Below are positions 1 to 13,506 of a stretch of 64,000 nucleotides of DNA, in pieces. Under the pieces are notes generated by a model. It saw only the letters and a program-made list of their open reading frames with translations, made no database searches and had not been told where the DNA came from. The stretch's first letter is position 1; the number at the start of each line of letters is the position of its first letter. The position numbers and the translations under genes were made by a program. The DNA is from Octopus sinensis (taxonomy: Eukaryota), in contig NC_043017.1 in assembly GCF_006345805.1 (NCBI RefSeq), positions 20,212,001 through 20,276,000 of the forward strand. Reading direction: 5' to 3'.

Positions 1-227
1 ACTAGTATAAAGTAAATGACACACACAATCACACGCACATATAGATATATACACAAAACATACACTTACACACACAGTCATCATACATTCATACACACAT
101 ATACACACACATATAGAGGTGATTGTAATTTAATTAGCACATTAAACAGATTCGGTGATTTCACAATGGAATTGCTCTTGTGTTCTGTACATCAGGTTAT
201 GTATACATACACATACATACATTGGCA

Positions 228-269
<42 letters not shown>

Positions 270-859
270 GACATATTACTTCAAAATTCTCCTCTAGTAG
301 ATACTTGATTACGTAAGAAATTATATAAAAATGCATTTTGGTGTGTGTGTATACACATGTATAATTATATATATTATATATATATATGTATGTATGTATG
401 TGTATATGTGTATATATATACATATATATGTGTGTATATATATATATCTATATATATACAAGTATGCATATATATGTATATATGCGTGAGTGTGTATACA
501 CATATATATATATATATGCATATACAAATATATATGAAATATACTGATATATGCACAAGAATTTGTGAGTATATATATATATATATATATAAAAAAACAC
601 ACAGACACATATATATTAATAAATATATATGTATAAGCAAATATATATATATGTATGTATATACATATGTACATACACCATGTGTATATGCATAAATATT
701 CGCAAATATATATTTGTAAACACACATGCACACACATATGAATGTATACAGATACACGTGCAAACGCACATTAACACATGCACATACGAATACACCCACA
801 TGAACGTATACAGATACTTACGCAAACACACACATTAATACATGAATACATAGATAAAT

Positions 860-1485
860 GCATATATATACACATACACGAATACATAAATGCATATATA
901 CACACATACACGAATACATACATAAATGCATATATATACACATACACGAATACATACATAAATGCATATATACACACATACACGAATACATACATAAATG
1001 CACATATATACACATACACGAATACATACATAAATGCACATATACACACATACACGAATACATACATAAATGCATATATATACACATACACGAATACATA
1101 CATAAATGCATATATATACACATACACGAATACATACATAAATGCATATATATACACATACACGAATACATACATAAATGCATATATATACACATACACG
1201 AATACATACATAAATGCATATATACACACATACACAATACATACATAAATGCTATATATACACATACACGAGACATACATAAATGCATAATACACACATA
1301 CACGAATACATACATAAATGCATATATACACACATACACGAATACATACATAAATGCACATATATACACATACACGAATACATACATAAATGCATATATA
1401 CACACATACACGAATACATACATAAATGCATATATATACACATACACGAATACATACATAAATGCATATATATACACATACACAA
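860..1485. repeat. 36-bp minisatellite (about 17 copies) built from CA/TA microsatellite
   Basis: CGAATAC recurs at 911, 947, 983 (period 36). Unit is approximately AAATGCATATATATACACATACACGAATACATACAT. It gives the 12-aa repeat HIHEYIHKCIYI in the ORF track. Confidence 0.9.
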
Positions 1486-1890
1486 TCGTCCAAAAACAAA
1501 TATACACACACGTATTTCTCGACTGTTTGCGTGATCAAGTTATGTTAAAAATCACAAAAACATGTCAAAGCCTTTATTTTCTTTTCCATTTCTCTCTCTC
1601 TCTCTCTCTCTTTCTCTCCCGTGCTCCTTCATCTCCTTCTCGTTCTTCTTTCTTCTTTTCTCTTTCATTTTAATCTTTCCAAACCACACGGAAAGTTATT
1701 GCAAGAAAGTCTCTCGTCAGAAACTTTTATAACAAATTGCTTTCCTCGAAACTTCTATCGCACACCAACGACATATTGATCTCTCGTCCGCCTGTCGATC
1801 AATCAGTCTGTTTGTCTGTTTGATTGGCGATCTGACAAATGAAATGTCAATATTCTGTATCAGTAATTTCCCCCTCTTTAATCTCCCAAG

Positions 1891-2035
1891 TTTTACTGGT
1901 CTCAGCCATTAGACTGCGGCCATGCTGGAGCAGGGGTATTACTTTGAAGAATATAAATCGAACAAATCAACCCCAGTACTTATCATCATCATTATCATCA
2001 TCATCATCATTACCATCATCATCATCATCATTATC

Positions 2036-2070
<35 letters not shown>

Positions 2071-2640
2071 GTTATTATTATTATAATTATTATTATATTA
2101 TTATTTTTGCTTTTGTTTTCCTTTTTAAGCCCGGTGCTTAATCTATTGGTCACTTTTGCTGAACTGCTAAGTTATGAGGATGTAAACACACCAACACTGG
2201 TTGTCAAGCAGTGGTGAAGGACAAACAGATACAATGAGACACACAGATACATATATACATACACTACATGTATATGTGTGTGTGTGTGTATACATATATA
2301 TATATATATATATTACATATTAGATAAAGATAGTGATGGCCTGTTTATGGCGTTACCCAGGTTTCATGTCCATAAAGTGGTTATTTTCAGTGCCTCTCGA
2401 GACACAAGTGACCGGTGGCCTATAACTTCTCTTCAAAGCAGAGGGAGAAAAAAACCTTGTTTATTACACAATGGGCTTCTTTCAGTTTCTGCCTACCAAA
2501 TCCACTGACAAGGCTTTGGTCAGCATAGAGCTGTGGTCAGCATAGAGCTGTGGTAGAAGAAGACACTTGCCTAAGGTGCCACACAGTGGGACTGAACTCG
2601 GAACCATGTGGTTGGAAAGCAAGCTTCTTACCACAGGGCA
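1891..2640 (-). mobile_element. tRNA-headed SINE, A head + microsatellite spacer + B tail, interrupted by microsatellites and a unique about 150-bp segment
   Basis: A head on minus at 2470-2640 (B box GGTTCCGAGTTCAGTCCC, GGCAAGTGTCTTC core). B tail pieces at 1891-1980 and 2130-2245 match other copies. Confidence 0.7.
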
Positions 2641-2951
2641 GTGACAGTACTGACTACTAAATAAAAACAAAACCAGTAATTCAATTGGTCAGTGAATAAC
2701 TATAAATGGCTACCTTCTTTGATATTAACCTGCCTAAAATTGTGCTGGCTCTAGGATAGAAATTTCAGTTTTAAAGTGATTTAAACTGAAAACTCCCATC
2801 AAAAATTTCATGTTAATTTATGTTTCAAACACCAGATTGATAAACGACAAAGATATTTTGCGAGACCCTTCATTATTTTCCAAATTATTTGTCATAAAAA
2901 TAGTGTATTTCAACAAAAATATGGTAGCAAAAAGGTTAAATGAATATTTAA

Positions 2952-3172
2952 CCCTTTCATTACCAACCCAGCCAAAACCGCCTCTGGTTCTGTAGTACAA
3001 AGGTCTTGTTTTCTTAAGTTTAGAATTAAAATCTTCCACCAAACCTTAGTCACAATTTATGTTATTAACACTAGTTTAATGGTAACTAAGTTATTTTACT
3101 AAATTCTTTGTTATATTTAAAATAATTGAAGGAAACACAGAGCATCTCAAAATAAATACGGTAATGAAAGGG
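2952..3172. mobile_element. piggyBac-type MITE
   Basis: Perfect 13-bp TIRs CCCTTTCATTACC / GGTAATGAAAGGG flanked by TTAA at 2948-2951 and 3173-3176. Confidence 0.9.
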
Positions 3173-4289
3173 TTAAAAAGGTTAAGTGGATATATAATAC
3201 TGTAAAGATACTGTAACTGAAGATGGAAAAGTTTCATAGAGTGTTTGTATTTGTTTGTCAAGGTAAGACATGTGTTGGGGTCCAATAATAGTACCTGACA
3301 TTATACGATATCAATATAATATAATGTGACGTAATATATAATATGATATAATGTGATATAAATATAATGCATTACAGAATATGATGTAATATATAGAAAA
3401 TATTAATATATGATAATACATATATATGTAAATATGATAATATATATAAATGTAAATATGATAATATATATATGTAAATATGATAATATATATAAAGCAT
3501 GCATACATCGATATATATGACATAATATACGATATATATCACACACACGTGTATATCACACATATAGATATTTGTATATCATATATATAACATGTATATC
3601 TACGAAGAAGTTTCTCCGGCAAATTAAGTTAATCAATGTTCGCGTTTCACTCACCTGGGCCCGGTTTGCTAAATCTATCTCCTCCGAGGCAGGCATAGGG
3701 TCAAATTGAAATGACGATAGGGACGATAGGAACCGAGAGCAAAATTTGTGATAAACTCGCGTTAAAAATCTCCATGTAAAGTTACTACACAGATGAGAGA
3801 TACAGTGAAGAGCAACTAGTAGAGGAAAAAAAGAAAAAAAAGAAGGAAAAACTAATAACAAAAATAAAAATCCTAAAATAAGAACAAAAAACAGGAGCAA
3901 AAACAACCGTCAATCAAGTGAATGTTTATAACTTTCTGGAGTGGGTTGTTGTTGCTGGTGTTGTTGTTGCTGTTGTTGTTGTTGTTACTGTTGCTTCTAT
4001 CTTAATTTGTCTTCTTTTCTTTCCTCCCTTTTTCTTTTTTAGCGTATGATTCTGTGAAGACTTCTCCCCCCCAGAGAAGGTGGCAAGATTAAAAGTAAGG
4101 TATATATATACATACATGTGTGTGTATGTGTGTGTGTGTGTGTGTGCTTGTGTGTGTGTGTGTGTGTGTGTGTGTGCTTGTATGTGTGTGTGCTTGTATG
4201 TGTGTGTGTGTGTGTGTGTGTGTACACACATGTAAAAGTCATAGATTCTTTAGAAGAGGAAAGAGTTGAAAGGCAGATAGGTAGATAAA

Positions 4290-4321
<32 letters not shown>

Positions 4322-4421
4322 TGTGTGTGTGTTGTGTGTGTGTGTATGTGTGTGTTTGTGCATATGTGGATAGACAGATAAATGGATCAATAGACAGATA
4401 GATAGATAGATAGATAGATTG

Positions 4422-4462
<41 letters not shown>

Positions 4463-5286
4463 TAGATAGGTAGATAGATAGATAGATAGATAAATAGATG
4501 GATGGACAGATACTAAGAGAACAGGGGGAAAAGAAGGGAGAGAATGAGGGGGTTGGGGGTGGGGGCGAAGCTAGTCAGCAAAGAGGAGAGAGAGAGACAT
4601 ACGCATAGACAGAGAGAGAGAGAGAGAGGGAGAAAGAGAAGGAGAGAGAGAGAGAAGGCAAAAACAACAACTACACACACAAGCACACGCATTCCCCTGT
4701 ATGCACGTGTACATACATATTCACGCACACACACACACACCACACACACACACAGAATAGTTTACTTGCTCTATCATCTGGAGCACTGGAGTAAAGGAGG
4801 CACTCTAAGGTAAAGAAATTAAACTGAGGGACCTTAAAGAGAATGGTACAGAGAAGAGAATGGTCGGTAGGAGGCGGTGGCGGCGGCAGTAGTGGTGGTT
4901 GTGGTGGACGAGGCGGAGGGGACGGGGGGGGCGCTATTATATGTGGTGGGGTGGCAGAGGGGTGTGCGTTGTTGCAATGGGGTATGATGGAACTAAATCT
5001 AGTACTCTGCTTATTCTTTCTACCTACATCAGCACCGCCTCACTAACACCCTTTCTCTTCCTATACATTTATATATATATATATATATAATATATATGTG
5101 TGTGTGTTGTATATATAATATATATGTTATATATGTATTATATATATATATAATATATATATATATATAATATATTATATATACACACACACAACACATC
5201 TTTCTATCTATCTGCTTGTTTAGATCTCTCTCTCTCTCTCTTTCACCTACCAACCTACCTACCTACCTATTACCTACCTGCCTATA

Positions 5287-5326
<40 letters not shown>

Positions 5327-5351
5327 CATCTATCTATTTATCTGCTTGCTT

Positions 5352-5385
<34 letters not shown>

Positions 5386-5639
5386 TCTCCTCTCCCTCTA
5401 TCTATCTATCTATCTGTTACTCCATACTTACCTCAATCTATCTGTCAATCCCTCTTCATGCCTCCCCTCACTCTTACTTTCCCTCCAACATCAACTCTTA
5501 CCTTCACTCTTCTGCCTCTTCCACTCTCTTTCACTCTCTCTCGTTTTCCCTCATTTTCTTTGTGTGTGTATGTGTGTATGTGTGTGTGTGTGTAACTGAG
5601 AGAGACTCTGATATATTGATATATGTGTGCACATGTAAA

Positions 5640-5689
<50 letters not shown>

Positions 5690-5928
5690 TATATAAACAA
5701 CACACACATACATCATGAATATAGACATATATACTTATATATGCATACACATATATGAATACATTTTTTGTGTATATATATATGTGTGTGTGTATGTATG
5801 TGTGTGTTTTTATTTATATATAAATATATAATGTGTGTGTTTATATATATATATATAATATATGTATGTATGTATCTATGTATGTATGTATATCTATGAC
5901 ATATATATGTATGTGTGTTGTGTGTGTG

Positions 5929-5963
<35 letters not shown>

Positions 5964-6198
5964 GTGTGTGCGTGTGTACATATATACATGCACACATGCA
6001 TACACACCCGCCCTCCCACCCTTCGAATCCACCCAAACAAACATGTATCAACAATTGCTCCATTTCAGTTTAAAAACCTGTAAGACACATTTCGTTTCTT
6101 TTCTTCTCTGCAACCATTTTCAGGTTAACTTTTGTCTGGAAACCTTCCAAAAACACTACACAAAAACTACCAAAACAAATAATGCCAAATATAACACA

Positions 6199-6235
<37 letters not shown>

Positions 6236-6374
6236 AGTTGTGTGTTTTTCTCTTGTTTAATTTTCTGTGGCTGCCTACCTTGCCTATCTTTGTATCTACT
6301 TACCTGTCTACCTTACCTACCTTTGTGTCTATCTGTCTACCGCTCTACATTCTATCTATCTATCTATCTATTTA

Positions 6375-6414
<40 letters not shown>

Positions 6415-6456
6415 GACATATGTGTGTGTGTACATACATACATATATATATATATA

Positions 6457-6588
6457 TCATCATCATCATCATCGTTTAATGTCCGCTTTCCATGCTAGCA
6501 TGGGTTGGACGGTTCAACTGGGGTCTGGGGAGCCCGAAGGCTGCACCAGGCCAGTCAGATCTGGCAGTGTTTCTACAGCTGGATGCCC
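6457..6588 (-). mobile_element. 5'-truncated D-module retroposon tail with (GAT)n end
   Basis: Matches the GGGCATCCAGCTGTAGAAACACTGCCAG...GCATGGAAAGCGGAC tail seen in many copies. Confidence 0.8.
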
Positions 6589-6814
6589 ATATATACACAC
6601 TGGCCTGCTCGCTTAGCCAGCGGGGTGGCCTCATTTGAAGGCTAAACCAATGCAAAGCGCATTGTGACCAGCGATGTGTAGCAACATCTGATAGTCTGGT
6701 CGGTCACGGTGATCACAGTGATATACACACACACACTATTTATATTAAAATTATCATAAGGCTGTTAAATGATTACAACACCAGTCTACTAGAAATAGAC
6801 TCCAAATGGTCTAT

Positions 6815-7075
6815 TCTATCTATCTATCTATCCGCTCAGTCGAAGTCGACTCTCGGTTACTCCATGGATCAGTATCCTCCAGTCAGTTCTATCCTGGGCC
6901 GCTTCTTTCAGACTGGCTATGTCCATTCCAGTATTACTCTTGATGGTGTCAAACCAGCGGGTTCTTGGTCGGCCTCTTCCTCTCTTGCCACTGACCATTC
7001 CGAGCATGATGTCCTTCTCCAGGGATTTTCTCCGCATAATATGACCAAAATATGCCAATCTACGAACCACTTAGA
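6815..7075 (-). mobile_element. RTE-clade (BovB-like) LINE 3' end, 5'-truncated
   Basis: ORF 6828-7070 RRLAYFGHIMRR..LEKDIMLGMVSGKRGRGRPRTRW.D.I...AQDRTDWR..IHGVTESRLRLSG* is the typical RTE ORF C-terminus, followed directly by a (GATA)n tail. Confidence 0.9.
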
Positions 7076-7104
7076 TTATTACTACATTATCTATCTATCT
7101 ATCT

Positions 7105-7263
<159 letters not shown>

Positions 7264-7416
7264 TCCATCCAGATAGATCGATAAATACCAAGAGAGCCAG
7301 GTAGAGTGACAAAGAGACAGAGAGAAAGGTAGATAGATGGTAAATGGGTAATTAGATAGATGCAAATAGCAATGACAAAGATGAAGATGATAATGATGAT
7401 GATTCTATCTTTACTA

Positions 7417-7810
7417 TTTTACTTGTTTCAGTCATTTGATTGTGGCCATGCTGGAGTACTGCCTTTTAGTCAAATAAATTGATCCCTGGACTTATTTTTT
7501 GTAAGCCTGGTACTTATTCTGTCGGTTTCTTTTGCTGAACCGTCAAGTTATGGGGACATAAACAAACCAATATCAGATGTCAAGCAATGGTAGAGGGACA
7601 AACACAGATACAAACACACAAATATATACATATATATATATGTACATATACGACGGGCTTCATTCAGTTTCCGTCTACCAAATCCACTCACAATGCTTTT
7701 GGTCAACCCAAGGCTTTAGTAGAAGACACTTGATCAAGGTGCCACACAGTGGGACTGAACCCAGAACCATGTGGTTGGGAAGCAAGCCTCTTACCACACA
7801 GCTACGACTG
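7417..7810 (-). mobile_element. A-B SINE, near full length
   Basis: B tail 7417-7620, CA/TA spacer, A head 7650-7810. Confidence 0.85.
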
Positions 7811-8099
7811 CACTGTCTTCATTACAGAAGTTCTTCTGACAAGAGAAAACGAGACAGAGAGAGAGAGAGAGAGAGAGAGACATTTCCTTGTAAACCAAAC
7901 GAACAAGACATTTCGGGTTTTGATGCCTGTTCAGAACCTTGACTGACGTATCGTGTAGCATCAGCAACGGAGTTACATGATCTGAACTTTACCGGAACCA
8001 AATGCGTTCTTGGATAAGGGTTCCCTCTCACCCCCAGTATTCCACTGACACCGTTCTGGCTGAGCAGAATTTATAAAACACTTGTAATAGTAAGGATTA

Positions 8100-8271
8100 A
8101 TTACATCACCATCATCCATCATCATCATCATCATCAGCAGCATATGCTTTTGCATTGGCATCATCGGGATCATCATCATCATCATCATCATTGTCGTCGT
8201 CATCATCATCATCGTCATCATCATCGTCATCGTCATCATCATCATCATCAACATCGTCATCAACATCGTCG

Positions 8272-8313
<42 letters not shown>

Positions 8314-8453
8314 ACAACAACATCGTCGTCGTCGTCGTCATCATTATCATCATCATCACCATCGTCATCATCATCATCAACTACAGAATTAGTTAAGCAG
8401 TAATGCTATATATATAATGAAAGGGATAATCCTGAATATGAAATGATAGAACC

Positions 8454-8506
<53 letters not shown>

Positions 8507-8735
8507 GCAATCATGTTGTTGATGACGATAATTATGATGATGATGGTTGTAGGAATAGGATGGTATATTGTCCTAATAATGATGATGATGATGATGATGA
8601 AGCCAATGATGATGATGATGAAGACAATGATGATGATGATGATGATGATGAAGACGATGATGATGATGATGATGATGAAGATGATGATGATGATGACAAA
8701 GACGATAATGATGATGATGATAATGATAATGACAA
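8100..8735. repeat. Divergent (ATC)n then (GAT)n tracts in opposite orientation
   Basis: ATC run 8100-8380 and GAT run 8455-8735. Confidence 0.9.
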
Positions 8736-8959
8736 CGGTGTTGAGGAAGGGCACGCTTTCTCTACCCAAACCTTGACACAGGGTACTGTAAATGAGTACC
8801 TGGTGAAAGATTAATTTCGGCTAAGATGGAGGGTGGGGGTGGTGGCAGGCAGCGCAAGTTGGGTGGGGAGGGGGCGGGGCATGTAAATCTGTTTCTATCC
8901 TTCCTCACACCCTGTATATATATATATAGAGGTATCTGCACACATCTGTGAAGTGTGCG

Positions 8960-8996
<37 letters not shown>

Positions 8997-9119
8997 GCAT
9001 GCATGGTCGGCCTCACTCTTTATCATCTGCCATCCCCCTCCCCCCTCTTCAGGTGCCCTCCCGTCACCTTAAACACCTTTACATACTAATGAGAACTGTA
9101 TCAGATTACTGTCCATATA

Positions 9120-9151
<32 letters not shown>

Positions 9152-9853
9152 CATACACATATACACACACATGAACTTATATATATATACACGTGTACAC
9201 ACACACATGCACGAACATATGTACACACACACACACACACATGCACGTGCACACACATATGTTTATGTGTATGTATGTGTGTGTGTGTATGTGTGTGTGC
9301 GTGTGTGTGTGTGTGTGTGTATATATATGTGTATGTGTGTGTGTGTATGTGTGTGTGTATATGTGCGTGTGTGTGTGTATATATATATGTGTGTGTGTAT
9401 ATATGTGTGTGTGTGTGTAATACACTTCAGATAAAACAATGCTATAAAGAGTTTGTCTGGTTCTGCTCAAATTACTGACTTCTAGGGAAGTAGAACAGGA
9501 TGAAGTTACAGCAAATGGGTGAAGGGCGGGGGTGGGGTGGCGAATAGGGGGTAAGGGTGGGAAGGAGCCGGTTGGATGCATGCATTGTGTGTCGGTTGGT
9601 GAGAGGTATTGGGTGCGAAGGGGACGGGGTTAGGGAGACAAGTTTCTGTTTAAGTCGGTTGGTTGAATTGGGTTAAAAAGGCAAAAAACGGTAAATAAAT
9701 AAAAACATGGTAGGCAGTGCTCCAGCATGACCTCAGTCGAATGACTGATTACAGGTAAAAGACACGAGACAAAGACAGTCAGAAGCAGTTGCATATAATT
9801 AACAAATAATTCACAATTGGTAATAACCATGACCATCCCTTGGATTGACCATT

Positions 9854-10165
9854 GGAGTGGAATGAAAATAAAAAATAAAAAATTGTGGAAATTGAAAATG
9901 CCTGAAACCTGAAATCTATAATTACTAGAAAAAATTCAAAATTTTGGCTTAGATCAGTGAAGGTCATTTACTCCCTCAAATCCCGCTAGCTCTGCTATCG
10001 TAAAAAAAATTTACAAAAATCCTCCATTTTTAGGGTTTATGAGGCTTCTGGGAGTAAATGACCTTAATTGATCTCAAAATTTTGCATTTTTCTTGTAATC
10101 GAATTTAGCTACATTTTAGTCCTCAGGCATTTAAAATATCCACAATTTTTTTTTTTATTCACTCC
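9854..10165. mobile_element. Foldback MITE with long (about 115-bp) imperfect inverted arms, superfamily unassigned
   Basis: 9854-9975 (GGAGTG...AATTGTGGA...AAATGCCTGA...AAGGTCATTTACTCCC) aligns with gaps to the reverse complement of 10050-10165. Confidence 0.7.
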
Positions 10166-10671
10166 ACCCTACAGCCCATGGTACCTCCTCTAAAGTGCAA
10201 CAGTGAAAACTGGGAGTTTTTTTAATCAGTAATGTCAATGGTACAGGTACCAGATTAGCTTTCTGAACACTGATGGTCTGGAATCAGTTATAATCTACAA
10301 CGGGACTTCAAATTCTTGTGGCCACCAGACTAGTTTACTAATAGTTTGAAGAGTGCAGCAATAGTGTATGGCAGTCTCTTGTAGTCCAGAAGAGGGTTGG
10401 TTCTGCACACACAAATGATTCGTTTATACAGATCAAATGTTTATGCTGTACATTAGTCCGTTCCCTCTATTAAATCAACAATATCTGAACAGGTGCACGG
10501 TGTAGCACATATCAGGTGTTGACATAATTGCAAGGGAATATGAGATGAAGTGTTTTACTAAAGGATACAATGCACCTCTCAGTCTAGGAATTGCAACCCC
10601 AAACCATTAGGCCATGCACCTTCAAATACACAGGATTAATAAACTTGCATCATTTAAACTAATGTATAGAT

Positions 10672-10872
10672 CAGTGCTTTTCAAACTTTTTGCTGGAGCG
10701 GAACCCCAAGGAAACATTCCACTGGCTTGGGGAATCCATGTGCAATAATTTAATGGTCTTATGCACACATATCTGCACAGGAAAATTAAAAATTACTGCT
10801 GATTTTAGCAGTTTTGTAACTTCTTGCGGAACCCCTGGACTGTACTGGTAGAACCCTGGTTGAAAACCACTG
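10672..10872. mobile_element. hAT-type MITE (copy 1)
   Basis: TIRs CAGTGCTTTTCAAAC / GTTGAAAACCACTG, 8-bp flanks GTATAGAT and ATATAGAT. Homologous, inverted, to 40655-40872. Confidence 0.85.
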
Positions 10873-10883
10873 ATATAGATAAC

Positions 10884-11229
10884 CAGTGGCAAACTGGGTC
10901 TAAAAATATTGGTTGCCAGGAGACTAAGGGGGTCCACTTACAACTATAAGGAGACCCTCCTGCAACTACAAGGGGGCCCACCCTCAACTATAATGCCATC
11001 ATTTATTTATTATTATTATTTTTTTTTTGTTAAAAATATTCTTTTCAAATGTCTACAAACAGAGCCAGGCTGAAATAATTGATGCATTCTTCCAGGAGTC
11101 AAAAAAAAATTCTCAAACTTGAGGGGATGGGCTCCTTAGATACTAACATGGGCCCCCACTTATGGATTCTAATGGTGCAGGTGTCCACTTACCATCAGGC
11201 AAGCCGGCCACCTGGCCAGTCCGCCACTA
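10884..11229. mobile_element. Second hAT-like MITE
   Basis: Termini CAGTGGCAAACTGG and CCAGTCCGCCACTA are imperfect inverted repeats. 8-bp flanks TAGATAAC / CGGGTAAC differ only by transitions. Confidence 0.55.
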
Positions 11230-11545
11230 CGGGTAACTGTATTACATTTAATTATGCTAGTAAATTTAATTTTTGTTAAATTTAAGCCATTAACGTTCAG
11301 ATTAAAGACCCCTTTGATCATGAGTGACCATGGGTTGCACCTAGAAAGTTCCTCTCATCGACACAAGTCTGGGCAAGGTTTTTCATGGAAGACCAACATT
11401 TGCCCATGCATACCAGCCTCTCCTCTCCATGCCATTATATGTACATTGGGCAAAGGGTAAAGAACCCCTTCTGAGAAGTATTCTTCGAATTAAAGGAGAT
11501 TTGTTGTTGCTAGACATCAAGACAACATCCTTGCTAATTTAATAT

Positions 11546-11892
11546 AGCGCCGCATCGCCTGGCCTCCGTGCCGGTGGCACGTAACAAACACCATCCAATC
11601 GTGGCCGTTGCCAGACTTGCCTAGCCTTCGTGCCGGTGGCACGTAAAAAGCACCATCTGAGCGTGGCTGTTTGCCAGCCTCGTCTGGCACCTGTGTCGGT
11701 GGCACATAAAAAGCACCCACTACACTCACGGAGTGGTTGGCGTTAGGAAGGGCATCCAGCCGTAGAAACACTGCCAGAGCTGACTGGAGCCTGGTGCAGC
11801 CTTCTGGCTTCCCAGACCCCAGTTGAACCATCCAACCTGTGCTAGCATGGAAAGCGGACGTTAAACGATGATGATGATGATGATGATGATGA
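11546..11892 (+). mobile_element. D-module retroposon with about 3 internal 60-bp units and (GAT)n tail
   Basis: GTGCCGGTGGCACGTAA units followed by the conserved tail. Confidence 0.85.
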
Positions 11893-12592
11893 TTTAATAG
11901 TTATAATAAATAATAATGGTTTCAAATTTTGGCTCAAGAAGAAAATTTATAATAACTGTAAAAAATTTGTTTTCCGCTTTAGTTACTATAGAACTTTTTA
12001 GATTTAAATGAAATACTCTTTTATTCTTGTATATGTTTCAGCCATAAGGCTATGGCCATGCTGGAGCATCTCCACTGATAAATAAACCCCTTTTAAAGAT
12101 ATTATTTAATCTAATAATAATTTCATTATTATTATTTTTGTTGGCTCTTTGCCCCACCCTGCTCCACCTGTATTTATTTTACAGGATGGTGTGGAGTGGG
12201 TGGAGGGAAGTGGGGAGAAACAGCGGAAACACCCTAATCTTTACCTAGTAATTGGAAGTGGGGGGAGGGGAAAAAACGAAAAAAAACCATTTCAAAAAAG
12301 AATATTCTGAAAAACCAAAAAACCAAAAAAAAAAAAAATGTATGATGAAATAAATAAACAAGGAGTCAGATATTTTAAAAGAAGGTGATGGTTGTGGTGG
12401 TGGTGGTGGTGGCAGAGATGGTGGTTGATGGGGAGGGGGTGGTTGATAGGGGGGAAATATGAAAGAAAAGTTTATTTGTTTAAAAGAGAAATGATTGCAG
12501 ATTTTAGCAGATAGGCAATTAACTACTTAGTCATGTGGATTCGGAATAAATGTGCATGTGACTCCCAACATGTACTCATCTATATACATACA

Positions 12593-12632
<40 letters not shown>

Positions 12633-12949
12633 CATACGTAAATATATATATGCACACATACATCCCCATATATATATATATATATGCACACATACACCTC
12701 CATATATATAAACTTTTCACACAGGAACTTAGTTTGATTTGAAAACCCCACTAGAATGGGAGAAAGCGCTAATACATGATCTAAGTTATATGATATATAA
12801 AAAATATAATATACAAATAAATATCTGTAAATATAAACCATCCGATTTTCTGAGTACCTTATTTCTTTGAAGATATATACTCATATATATATATATATAT
12901 ATATATTACATGTATATTTGTATGCACATTTAAATATATATATATGTAT

Positions 12950-12980
<31 letters not shown>

Positions 12981-13334
12981 ACATAATTCCTGTTCCAAGT
13001 CATATTACATGTAAGGCCATTTTTTGAGATTTCTTGCAATATATCAGTTTTGCTTTGAGGAAAAACTTTTAGACTCCAGCCCCTTATGCTACCCTTTTGG
13101 AGAAAGATTTGGCATTTGAGGTGCCCAAGATCCTTCTCACAGCATAATATAACCATAACCAGTGAGAGAAAGAGAGAGAGAGAAGGAGAAAGAGAGAGGG
13201 GGAGAGGGAAAGAGAGAGAGAGAGAGGGGTTAAATGTGGACATGAAAGAGAAAGAATGAAATTAACAAGCAAGTGGCTGAGTACTCCACAGACAGATCTA
13301 CCCTTCATGTTGTTCTCAAGGATTTTCATTTGGA

Positions 13335-13506
13335 TGGAATGTGACAATGCTACCCCACTCCCCTTTGAATTACAGGTACAACTGAGTGAACTGCAGCAAC
13401 ATGAGATAACATTCTTGCTCAAGGACACAACACAGAACCCAGTCGGGGAATCAAACTCACTACCTCCTGATTGAGTCCGACGCTCTAACTGCTGAGCCAT
13501 GCACCT
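13335..13506 (-). mobile_element. tRNA-derived SINE family E
   Basis: Minus strand GGTGCATGGCTCAGCAGTTAGAGCG...GAGTTTGATTCCC...GTCCTTGAGCAAG. Homologous to 45582-45910. Confidence 0.7.

Noticed and set aside
860-1485. 36-bp repeats as a CRISPR array
   Set aside because: Units are contiguous with no unique spacers, there are no cas genes, and the context is eukaryotic.
16-1673. Long overlapping ORFs rich in H/T/Y/I/C/V
   Set aside because: Translations of CA/TA repeats that lack stop codons. The same applies to most other track ORFs (for example 19000-19581, 31827-32650, 36453-37494).
2340-2380. Paired TTTATGG / CCATAAA Hox/Cdx-type sites
   Set aside because: Short motifs are common in AT-rich DNA, and the segment lies within a SINE spacer.
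7880-8090. Unique segment with open minus frames and a possible CCG|GTAAAG donor
   Set aside because: Two frames are equally possible, no recognisable protein, weak acceptor.
8443-8814. Acidic poly-Asp ORF (123 aa)
   Set aside because: A (GAT)n microsatellite that also gives poly-Met and poly-Ser/Ile ORFs in other frames. The non-repeat tail (CTGTAAATGAGTACC) looks SINE-derived.
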